Source of the DNA: Erysipelotrichaceae bacterium OH741_COT-311
GTDB taxonomy: Bacteria; Bacillota_I; Bacilli_A; Erysipelotrichales; Erysipelotrichaceae
Direction: 5' to 3'
NCBI GenBank assembly: GCA_003858585.1
Contig: RQZE01000010.1
Location: forward strand, 1-32,000
Length of the DNA stretch: 32,000 nucleotides
Part shown: positions 24,652 to 32,000 of the stretch, in pieces
Layout: each line of letters starts with the position of its first letter
Position numbering within the stretch: position 1 is the first letter of the stretch
Program-made: the position numbers and the translations under genes
The notes under the pieces: generated by a model
Databases searched by the model: none
Told to the model about the DNA's origin: nothing
What the model saw: the letters and a program-made list of their open reading frames with translations, nothing else

Positions 24652-25918
24652 ATTAGATTTAACACATGCATTATTAAAAGAAAACGTAGAAGATTACGCC
24701 AACAAAGTAAAAGTAGCTCATGACATGTTACATAATAAAACTGGTTTAGGTAATGATTACGTTGGATGGGTAAAGTGGCCATTAGAATATGATAAGGCTG
24801 AATTTGAAAAAATTAAAACAGTTGCTAATGTCGTTAAAGACAAAGCAGAAGTACTATTGGTTTGTGGAATTGGGGGATCTTACCTTGGTGCACGTAGTGC
24901 TTTAGAAATGATTTATGGTCTATATCCTCAATTAAAAACAAAAGTCATTTATATTGGAAATACCTTTTCAAGTACATACTTCAAACAAGTGGAACAATAC
25001 ATTGAAGATAAAAGCGTAGTCTTAAATGTAATTAGCAAGTCTGGAACAACAACAGAAACAGCCATTGCTTTTCGTATGTTAAAACAAATCATGGAAAAGA
25101 AATATGGCAAAGAAGAATGTAAACAACGTATTATCGCTACAACAGATGCTTGTAAAGGAACACTAAAAGAATTGGCGATGAAAGAAGGTTATCAAACATT
25201 TACAATTCCAAACGATATTGGAGGTCGCTATTCGGTATTAACACCGGTTGGTCTACTACCATTAGCTATTGCCGGAGTAAATATTGATGAAATCATGCAA
25301 GGTGCATTAGATGCCTATCATACATTTAATAATGATGATGTAAAAACAAACATCGCATATCAATACGCCGTTGCAAGAAGAATCCTAGACAATCAAGGTA
25401 AAAAAGCTGAAATGCTTGTTACATATGAACCACATTTACAAATGGTCACTGAATGGTGGAAACAATTATTTGGAGAATCAGAAGGAAAAGAAGGAAAAGG
25501 ATTACTACCTACTTCATGTACATTCTCAACAGATTTACACTCACTTGGTCAATTTATCCAAGAAGGTAGTAGTGTACTATTTGAAACTCTACTTTTAATT
25601 GATAAACCGATGTTAGATGGAACATTCCCAAGTGATGAAGATAATTTAGATAACATGAATTACTTAGCCGGTAAATCACTAGATTGGGTTAATAAGATGG
25701 CTATGCAAGGAACCCTATTAGCTCATGAAAAAGAAGGAAATGTACCAAACATTATCCTTACACTTGAAGATACTTCAGCCAGAAGTTTTGGATACATGGC
25801 ATATTTCTTCTTCATCGCATGTGGAGTTAGTTGCTACTTATTAGATATTAATCCATTTAATCAACCGGGTGTTGAAGTCTATAAAAAGAATATGTTTAAA
25901 TTATTAGGTAAAAATTAA
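24644..25918 (+). CDS. pgi: Glucose-6-phosphate isomerase
   Basis: Firmicutes-type PGI of about 425 aa. GIGGSYLG, ISKSGTTTET, GGRYSVLT and FGESEGKEGKG motifs. AAGGAGG RBS before ATG 24644. Overlaps the S1 gene by 8 nt. Confidence 0.93.
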   Translation: MIKLDLTHALLKENVEDYANKVKVAHDMLHNKTGLGNDYVGWVKWPLEYDKAEFEKIKTVANVVKDKAEVLLVCGIGGSYLGARSALEMIYGLYPQLKTKVIYIGNTFSSTYFKQVEQYIEDKSVVLNVISKSGTTTETAIAFRMLKQIMEKKYGKEECKQRIIATTDACKGTLKELAMKEGYQTFTIPNDIGGRYSVLTPVGLLPLAIAGVNIDEIMQGALDAYHTFNNDDVKTNIAYQYAVARRILDNQGKKAEMLVTYEPHLQMVTEWWKQLFGESEGKEGKGLLPTSCTFSTDLHSLGQFIQEGSSVLFETLLLIDKPMLDGTFPSDEDNLDNMNYLAGKSLDWVNKMAMQGTLLAHEKEGNVPNIILTLEDTSARSFGYMAYFFFIACGVSCYLLDINPFNQPGVEVYKKNMFKLLGKN

Positions 25919-25945
25919 AACAAGGTTTAAAAGCCTTGTTTTTAA
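25917..25945. terminator. Bidirectional intrinsic terminator between pgi and the AI-2E transporter gene
   Basis: AACAAGG...CCTTGTT hairpin flanked by an A-run and a T-run. Confidence 0.65.
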
Positions 25946-27075
25946 TTTATATTTATATTTTGATGATGCAATCGTCGGTAAATAAACCCTTTAAACAAGT
26001 GATAGAAAATCGCAAAGACAGGAACTCCTAAGAACATTCCCACAATACCAAACAACCCTCCACCTAATAAGATTGCAAACATAACCCATAGACTTGATAA
26101 ACCTAACGAGTCACCAAGAATATATGGACCTAAAATATTACCATCAAATTGTTGTAATCCTAATATAAATAAAGCAAACCACAATGCACTAATTGGATTA
26201 ATAATAAATAAGATAAATATTCCAGGTATTGCTCCAATGAAAGGTCCAAAAACAGGAATCATGTTTGTTAAACCGACAATAAAACTAATCAGTAATACAT
26301 AGTCAAACTTAAAGATAGTCATACCTATAAAACATAAAATTCCAATAATAATAGAATCTATAATTTTCCCGATAATGAAACTATTAAAGACACGATTCGA
26401 TAACTTCATAATGGATACAAAACGATTTCCTATATTAACACCAAATATACCATAAACCGTTTTTTTTATTTGCAAAGCAAACTTCTCACGATCAAGTAAG
26501 ATATATACCGCAATAATAATGCCAATAATCATAGAAAACGTTTTTGTAATAAAGTTAATTGAACTTGATAATAACTGTGGTAAATAATTTCTTATTGAAA
26601 CGATTACATTATCTACAATACCACTACCTGTACTTAAAATATAGTTAGAGACTTCACTACTAATATTAAGATTTGTATTTAAGTCCATAATAAATTTCGA
26701 AGCATTGGTGATGTATTCCGACATTTTATTTGATAATTGTGTTGCACTAAATACTAGTTGTGGAATTAAAATACCAAGAAACGTAGATAATACCAAAAAG
26801 AAACACAACATAGATAAAAACACTGAAATTTTACGGCGTGTTGCAAACTTCATCGTCTTTGGTAAGATACGTTCAATATGCTTTGTAATCGGCAATAAAA
26901 TAAATGCCAAGGCAAAACCCGATATAAAAGGAAGTAATATATCAAAGGTTTTCGTTAGAATTGCTTTTACGCTATTAAAATTTAAAAATAAGAAATAAAC
27001 ACTAACAATAACTAATCCAACTAAAATACCAGATATAACATTCTCTTTGATACGATTAGAAAAATCAATTTTCAT
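25942..27075 (-). CDS. AI-2E family transporter (PerM/YhhT-like, UPF0118)
   Basis: Polytopic membrane protein with NMIPVFGPFIGAIPG and a conserved C-terminal half. AAGGAGGTGA RBS before ATG 27075. Confidence 0.85.
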   Translation of the reverse strand: MKIDFSNRIKENVISGILVGLVIVSVYFLFLNFNSVKAILTKTFDILLPFISGFALAFILLPITKHIERILPKTMKFATRRKISVFLSMLCFFLVLSTFLGILIPQLVFSATQLSNKMSEYITNASKFIMDLNTNLNISSEVSNYILSTGSGIVDNVIVSIRNYLPQLLSSSINFITKTFSMIIGIIIAVYILLDREKFALQIKKTVYGIFGVNIGNRFVSIMKLSNRVFNSFIIGKIIDSIIIGILCFIGMTIFKFDYVLLISFIVGLTNMIPVFGPFIGAIPGIFILFIINPISALWFALFILGLQQFDGNILGPYILGDSLGLSSLWVMFAILLGGGLFGIVGMFLGVPVFAIFYHLFKGFIYRRLHHQNININ

Positions 27076-27119
27076 TCCATCACCTCCTTTTGATAATAGC
27101 ACATTTCTAAAACAAGATA

Positions 27120-27143
27120 AAGAAGTAGGTTTCCCTACTTCTT
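27120..27143 (-). other. Hairpin overlapping the ileS stop codon (weak terminator or processing site)
   Basis: AAGAAGTAGG-gaaa-CCTACTTCTT. On the minus strand it is followed only by an interrupted T-run (TATCTTGTTTT). Confidence 0.35.
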
Positions 27144-29861
27144 TAATACTTCATGACATCTACAGCATAAACCTTCTTCATCAATATCCTTAACTACATT
27201 CCAACATCTTGGACACACTGTTCCCTCTGCCTTAATGATATTTACTTTACATGTTTCATATTGAGTAAAGGTACTATTTGATACAAATTCAACATTAGAA
27301 ACAATAAACCATTGAGCAACCTTATTATCTAACGTTGATAATAATAACGCTTGATCTTCATTGGAAACATCTAATTGTACCGTTGCCTCTAATGGTTTTC
27401 CAATTATTTTTTCAGCACGTGATACTTCTAAAGCTTTAAATACATCACTACGAATTAAGAACAAACGGGCAAATTTATCTTTGATAGTTTGACTATTTTC
27501 ATACGATTCTGTAGCCGGAAAATCATGATAATGAATACTCTTTTCTTGATTATGTTTAAAGTTACTCCAAACTTCTTCCATTGTAAACACTAGAATTGGA
27601 GCCCATAATTTACTTAAAACATTTACACATTGATAAATAACAGATTGTACTTGTCGGCGACGTACACTATTCATTTTTTCAATATATAAAATATCCTTAG
27701 AGAAATCTAAATAATAACTACTTAATTCATTGGTCATTAAATTCATCAATTGACCACTTAAACCAACATAGTCATAACGTAAATACTTTTCTTTTACATC
27801 ATTTAATGTTTCATTTAAACGTATTAAAATATATTGATCAACTTCTGTTAAATCCATATAAGCAACAAAATCTTTAGAAGCATCAAAATCATGTAACGTA
27901 CCTAACATAAATTTAAACGTATTGCGAACTTTACGATATAACTCTGAAACTTGTTTTAAGTTATCATCACCAATACACATATCTTGTTTAAAATCGACAT
28001 TACTTGCCCAAAGTCTAAAAATATCAGCTCCGTATTTATTAATTACATCAATTGGATTTAAGACATTGCCACGAGATTTACTCATTTTTTCTCTTTTTGA
28101 ATCCAATACATAACCATGTGATAGTACAGACTTATATGGTGCTTGTCCATGCACAATGCTACCTATGATTAACGAAGAGTTAAACCAACCACGATATTGG
28201 TCACTACCTTCAAAGTATAAATCAGCAGGATAGCGAAGTCCTCTTGCTTGTAACTCATTGGAACTTGAACCCGAATCAAACCAAACATCCATAATATCTT
28301 TTTCCTTGGTAAATAAACCATTTGGTGATTTTGGATTTTTATAATTTAACGGTAATAAATCTTTCGCTTCTCTTTCAAACCAAACATTAGAACCATGTTG
28401 AAGTACTAAATCAGCAATGTGATCAAAGACTTCTTTTTCCATGATTGGTGAACCATCTTCATTATAAATGATTGGGATTGGAACACCCCATAGGCGTTGT
28501 CTTGAAATACACCAATCGCCACGATCTTTAATCATATTGTAAAGTCGAACTTCACCCCATTGATTTTCCCAGTTTACATTTTTAATTTCTGCCAGTAATT
28601 TTTCACGTACCTTTTCAATAGATGCAAACCATTGTACCGTTGCACGGAAAATAACCGGTTTTTTCATACGTTCATCATGCGGATAACTATGCACGATTGT
28701 TTCAACGTGCATTAAAGCATTTAACTCATTTAATTTCGTAATTACTTTTTTACTACAATCATCAACAAATAAACCAACCAAATCTTCCCCTGCCTCAGGC
28801 ATCATACATCCTTTTTCATCCACCGGACAAAATGGTGCAATTCCATACTTACTTGCAACATAGAAGTCATCACTACCATGCCCTGGAGCAGTATGGACAC
28901 AACCTGTACCATCTTCATCTGTAACGTGATTTCCTAAAATAACCAAAGATGGACGCTCCGGATAAAATGGATGCTTAACAGTAATATGTTCTAAATCTTT
29001 CCCTTTATATAGTTTTTCAATGCCTAAATGTTCAAGATTAAATTTTTGTAATAGTTCATCTACCTTACTTGCTAAAACAACCAACTTTCCTTTATTTGTT
29101 TTTACAACTGCATAATCAAAAGATTCATTTAAACAAATCGCTAAGTTAGCTGGTATTGTCCAAGGTGTTGTTGTCCAGATAATAAAACGTTCATCACTTA
29201 AAACCCCTTTACCATCCAGTACGTCAAACGCCACAAAGATAGCAGGATCTTTCTTATCAATATATATGATTTCACTATCTGCAATCGCTGTTTCCTGTAC
29301 AGGTGACCAATAAATAGGTTTTAATCCTTGATAAATTAAACCATCTAATGCCATTTTCGCAAATGACTGTATCTCTCTACTTTCAAATTCTTTAAATAAT
29401 GTAATGTAAGGGTGATCATAGTCTGCAATGGTTCCTAAACGAATCATTGTTTCTTTTTGTATTTCTACTTGTTTTAAAGCAAACTCTTCACATTTCTTTC
29501 TAAATTGTGCTGAAGTCATTTCTTTACGATTTACCCCAAGTTTTGCCATGGCATTTTCAATTGGTAAACCATGTGTATCCCAACCAGGAAAAAACGGTGT
29601 ATAATAACCACTCATCGCATGTGAACGTACAATAATATCTTTAATAGTACGATTCATCGCTGTTCCTGCATGAAGATTTCCATTGGCATAAGGAGGACCA
29701 TCATGCAAAATGAAAGAAGGCTTTCCTTCATGACGCTTTAAAATTTCTTCATAATGACGATCTTCTATCCATGTTTGTAAAATCTTTGGTTCCTTTGTAG
29801 GTAAATTCCCTCGCATTTCAAATTCTGTTTTAGGCATTAATAACGTATCTTTTAATTCCAT
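27135..29861 (-). CDS. ileS: Isoleucine--tRNA ligase
   Basis: HIGH-type PPYANGNLHAGT and KMSKS (EKMSKSRGN). C-terminal Zn-finger cysteines CPRCW...CCRCH. GGAGGA RBS. Confidence 0.96.
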   Translation of the reverse strand: MELKDTLLMPKTEFEMRGNLPTKEPKILQTWIEDRHYEEILKRHEGKPSFILHDGPPYANGNLHAGTAMNRTIKDIIVRSHAMSGYYTPFFPGWDTHGLPIENAMAKLGVNRKEMTSAQFRKKCEEFALKQVEIQKETMIRLGTIADYDHPYITLFKEFESREIQSFAKMALDGLIYQGLKPIYWSPVQETAIADSEIIYIDKKDPAIFVAFDVLDGKGVLSDERFIIWTTTPWTIPANLAICLNESFDYAVVKTNKGKLVVLASKVDELLQKFNLEHLGIEKLYKGKDLEHITVKHPFYPERPSLVILGNHVTDEDGTGCVHTAPGHGSDDFYVASKYGIAPFCPVDEKGCMMPEAGEDLVGLFVDDCSKKVITKLNELNALMHVETIVHSYPHDERMKKPVIFRATVQWFASIEKVREKLLAEIKNVNWENQWGEVRLYNMIKDRGDWCISRQRLWGVPIPIIYNEDGSPIMEKEVFDHIADLVLQHGSNVWFEREAKDLLPLNYKNPKSPNGLFTKEKDIMDVWFDSGSSSNELQARGLRYPADLYFEGSDQYRGWFNSSLIIGSIVHGQAPYKSVLSHGYVLDSKREKMSKSRGNVLNPIDVINKYGADIFRLWASNVDFKQDMCIGDDNLKQVSELYRKVRNTFKFMLGTLHDFDASKDFVAYMDLTEVDQYILIRLNETLNDVKEKYLRYDYVGLSGQLMNLMTNELSSYYLDFSKDILYIEKMNSVRRRQVQSVIYQCVNVLSKLWAPILVFTMEEVWSNFKHNQEKSIHYHDFPATESYENSQTIKDKFARLFLIRSDVFKALEVSRAEKIIGKPLEATVQLDVSNEDQALLLSTLDNKVAQWFIVSNVEFVSNSTFTQYETCKVNIIKAEGTVCPRCWNVVKDIDEEGLCCRCHEVLKK

Positions 29862-29874
29862 ATCTATCCTCCAA

Positions 29875-30062
29875 TAAAAAAAGTCCTTAATAATCTAAGG
29901 ACGAAAATTTCCGCGGTACCACCTTAGTTCATATGTAAACATATGCCCTTTTGCCTTTTAACGCAAAGCCTACGATTATCCATTTCCTGATAATACTTGC
30001 AAGTGATACAACTATAAACTCTTTATTTGGTTCCACCAACCCCAAACTCTCTATAAAATCCT
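29875..30062 (-). promoter_or_regulatory. T-box riboswitch leader (Ile) controlling ileS
   Basis: Minus strand: AGAGAG stem-I start, a candidate AUC specifier (29974-29976) and the T-box AACUAAGGUGGUACCGCGG (29911-29929). The terminator is GTCCTTA-gattat-TAAGGAC plus TTTTTTT. The T-box CUAAGG can pair with the CCUUAG of the terminator 5' arm to form the antiterminator. Confidence 0.88.
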
Positions 30063-30068
30063 TTATAG

Positions 30069-30554
30069 TTACTTGTCTTGCTCATCGCTTTCTTTATTAA
30101 TCGCTTCAATCCAACGAATGTCAGGAAGCCTTGGTAACATTATATCATCAATATCTTGTTGCAGTTGATTAAGTTTCATAATCATATCTTTTTTTATAAG
30201 ATCTGTTGAAGATGTGATTGTACTTAACTCTGTAATAATAATTCGAGCAGTTGTTAAAGCTTCTTTCACAATCACATCCGCATTATTACTGGCACAACCA
30301 ATGACAGAGTTCGCTTCTTTAATTGCTAAACGAGAAATTTCTTGATATGCACTCTCTTTTGTCTGCACTTGCAAAGAGATATCCGCAAGTTCTTCTTTTA
30401 ACTGCTTCATTTCTTCTTTTAATCGATTGATTTCTTTCAAATATAAATCATTCTGTATATTTAAATAGGAAATGGTACTTTGATATTCACTAATGGCATC
30501 ATCTACCGCAAAACGATCGTATCCATTTTTCATCATACGAAACTTTTCGCTCAC
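30069..30554 (-). CDS. divIVA: DivIVA-domain cell-division protein
   Basis: N-terminal FRMMKNGYDRFAVDDAISEY (DivIVA lipid-binding domain pattern) followed by a coiled coil. GTG start at 30554 behind an AGGAGGTGA RBS. Synteny ylmH-divIVA-ileS as in B. subtilis. Confidence 0.75.
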   Translation of the reverse strand: MSEKFRMMKNGYDRFAVDDAISEYQSTISYLNIQNDLYLKEINRLKEEMKQLKEELADISLQVQTKESAYQEISRLAIKEANSVIGCASNNADVIVKEALTTARIIITELSTITSSTDLIKKDMIMKLNQLQQDIDDIMLPRLPDIRWIEAINKESDEQDK

Positions 30555-30570
30555 AATTTCACCTCCTAGA

Positions 30571-31296
30571 TTAAATATACTTCTTAAATAATAAAAACAG
30601 TCGCTCTTTTTTACTGATTCCCAAAAAAGATTCAAGAATAAATTTACCAAATCGACGAATGGTAATCTTATCTTGCTCTTTACATAGATAACTGTTTTGC
30701 ATAACAACAACATCATTTACATACACAAGACCTTCTACAATATAGCGATTCGCTTCCTTACGTGATATATGCATAAGACCTGCAACAATCGTATCCATTC
30801 TTGTACTTGATACATTGATCTTTATTTCTTCAAATTGTACCGGTTGATACAACATTTCAGTACTAATTTGAAATTTAACACCTATATGTTTAATTTTATG
30901 TAAATGATTCATAATAAACAAAGCCATTGTTGCAGTCGTATATACCGCAACCACATCTTCAAAAATAACAATATCACCAATTTGATTACGCCTAATATCT
31001 AACGAAGTTAGAGCACCCAAAACATCTTGATGTCTCAACGATGTAAATTTATTATGATACTTACTCTTTAAACAAACAACTTGACTTTGATAGCCTTCAC
31101 TATTAAAAATAACTTTCTTTCGTATCGCTTGAGGGTAACCACCATCTTCTATAAAATCGACGCGATGAAAAACATTATTTTTTAATGTTGCATACTCTTC
31201 TTCACTTAGAAAATCCGTTTCAACGGGACGTTGATAGGTTAAAGATTGTAAAATCCAATCTTCAATTCTAGCAAGAAATAAATTAGTTTTCTTCAA
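30571..31296 (-). CDS. ylmH: YlmH-like RNA-binding protein with a C-terminal S4 domain
   Basis: TDFLSEEE N-terminal motif and a C-terminal S4-like RMDTIVAGLMHISRKEANRYIVEGLVYVND. TTG start overlapping the sepF 3' end. Conserved position between sepF and divIVA. Confidence 0.8.
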   Translation of the reverse strand: MKKTNLFLARIEDWILQSLTYQRPVETDFLSEEEYATLKNNVFHRVDFIEDGGYPQAIRKKVIFNSEGYQSQVVCLKSKYHNKFTSLRHQDVLGALTSLDIRRNQIGDIVIFEDVVAVYTTATMALFIMNHLHKIKHIGVKFQISTEMLYQPVQFEEIKINVSSTRMDTIVAGLMHISRKEANRYIVEGLVYVNDVVVMQNSYLCKEQDKITIRRFGKFILESFLGISKKERLFLLFKKYI

Positions 31297-31687
31297 GTGA
31301 CTCTAAACTAATTTCTCCTTGTACACCAATCGAATTTGGAGTACATAAAATAACATTATGTCCAATCTTTTGAATTGAACCATCTAATGCAAATACTACA
31401 CCCGTTAAAAAGTCAATAGTACGTTGTGCGTAATCTCTTTGTAAACGATGCAAATTTACAACACATGCACGACGAAACTTTAAATGTTTTGCGATTTCTT
31501 CCGCTTCATCAAAACTACGAGGTTCAAATAACACCATTTTTGTATCTTGTGCTACTTTTGCTACACCTTTATTTTTTGGAGCTTCATATTCACTAACAAC
31601 TTTAGCTTCTTCTTGTGTTAATTCTAACTCTTCATCAACAGGTTCTAACGGTGCAATAAAGTTTTTGATTTTATCTGCGATTCCCAT
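31283..31687 (-). CDS. sepF: Cell division protein SepF
   Basis: VLFEPRSFDEAEEIAKHLKFRRACVVNL...AQRTIDFLTGVVFALDGSIQKIG. AGGAGGA RBS before ATG 31687. Confidence 0.9.
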   Translation of the reverse strand: MGIADKIKNFIAPLEPVDEELELTQEEAKVVSEYEAPKNKGVAKVAQDTKMVLFEPRSFDEAEEIAKHLKFRRACVVNLHRLQRDYAQRTIDFLTGVVFALDGSIQKIGHNVILCTPNSIGVQGEISLESLEEN

Positions 31688-31775
31688 AAAAAATCCTCCT
31701 AAATACCAGTTTATTATAACATAGATTAAAAACATTATACAGATATTCTACTGCATAAATCATTATTCTTACCTC

Positions 31776-31807
31776 AAGAAAAAGAGCATTTCTAATTAGA
31801 AATACTC
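31776..31807 (-). terminator. Intrinsic terminator upstream of sepF, closing the partial gene at the window edge
   Basis: GAGTATTTCTAA/TTAGAAATGCTC hairpin followed by TTTTTCTT on the minus strand. Confidence 0.6.
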
Positions 31808-31812
31808 ACTTC

Positions 31813-32000
31813 TTATTTTTTAGCATTAAAATAAGCTAAAAAATGAACGATAGAAACAACCGTTACAATTCCAGCAATCCCATAAGAAACAGCGATTAAT
31901 GTAATATCGTGTTTTTTTTCTAATGCATTTAACACCAATAGTACGGCTAAGGTTAAATATAAGATCGACTTCAATAGTAAACGCGTCTTTGACGTTTTAT
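31813..32000 (-). CDS. 3' end of a membrane-protein gene that runs off the window (partial)
   Basis: Open minus-strand frame from the window edge to a TAA at 31813-31815. It translates to ...LLLKSILYLTLAVLLVLNALEKKHDITLIAVSYGIAGIVTVVSIVHFLAYFNAKK (two hydrophobic helices). No family recognised. Confidence 0.35.
   Translation of the reverse strand, partial: KTSKTRLLLKSILYLTLAVLLVLNALEKKHDITLIAVSYGIAGIVTVVSIVHFLAYFNAKK

Noticed and set aside
30555-30716. Long N-terminal extension of the divIVA ORF (track ORF 30069..30716), overlapping ylmH by 146 nt
   Set aside because: The extension is hydrophobic and low in complexity, lies out of frame over the conserved ylmH 3' end and lacks an RBS. A GTG at 30554 behind AGGAGGTGA gives a canonical DivIVA N-terminus.
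1-32000. CRISPR arrays, rRNA genes, intact IS elements or transposons, and long tandem repeats
   Set aside because: No regularly spaced direct repeats, rRNA-like conserved blocks or transposase ORFs were seen on manual reading. The only repeats are the ankyrin units and the duplicated FMN-binding domain segments, both of which are reported above.

Overview
AT-rich (by eye about 30% GC, not computed) bacterial chromosome segment using the standard code (TGA is a stop). Gene content and synteny suggest a low-GC Bacillota lineage, but the taxon is inference only. Most genes are ordinary minus-strand housekeeping genes. From right to left: the end of the division cluster (sepF-ylmH-divIVA), a T-box-controlled ileS, an AI-2E transporter, an S1-domain protein plus pgi, YuiD-like and NifU-like proteins, and a secreted clan GH-A-like hydrolase. 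Next come a divergent apbE / rnfC-D-G-E-A-(60 aa ORF)-B block, a CpaB/SAF-like membrane protein plus a SAM methyltransferase, tRNA-His, and degV plus a DUF45-type metallopeptidase. Further left are an ankyrin-repeat protein co-transcribed with an EF-G paralog, an MFS transporter plus a long ArsR-type regulator, HtrA, a COG2509-type FAD protein, a CPBP protease and an orphan lipoprotein. The left edge carries a decayed mobile-element scar. Two loci deserve a second look. (1) The Rnf operon is architecturally atypical. RnfD and RnfG each carry an extra FMN-binding module, and the two modules are paralogs of each other. RnfB is cut down to its N-terminal Fe-S domain. A small Cys-rich membrane ORF sits between rnfA and rnfB, and an ApbE flavin-transferase lipoprotein is encoded divergently. 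(2) The ankyrin / EF-G-paralog operon is preceded by a good promoter, a 26-codon leader ORF and an intrinsic terminator, which suggests translation-sensing attenuation. No CRISPR array, rRNA gene or intact mobile element was seen.
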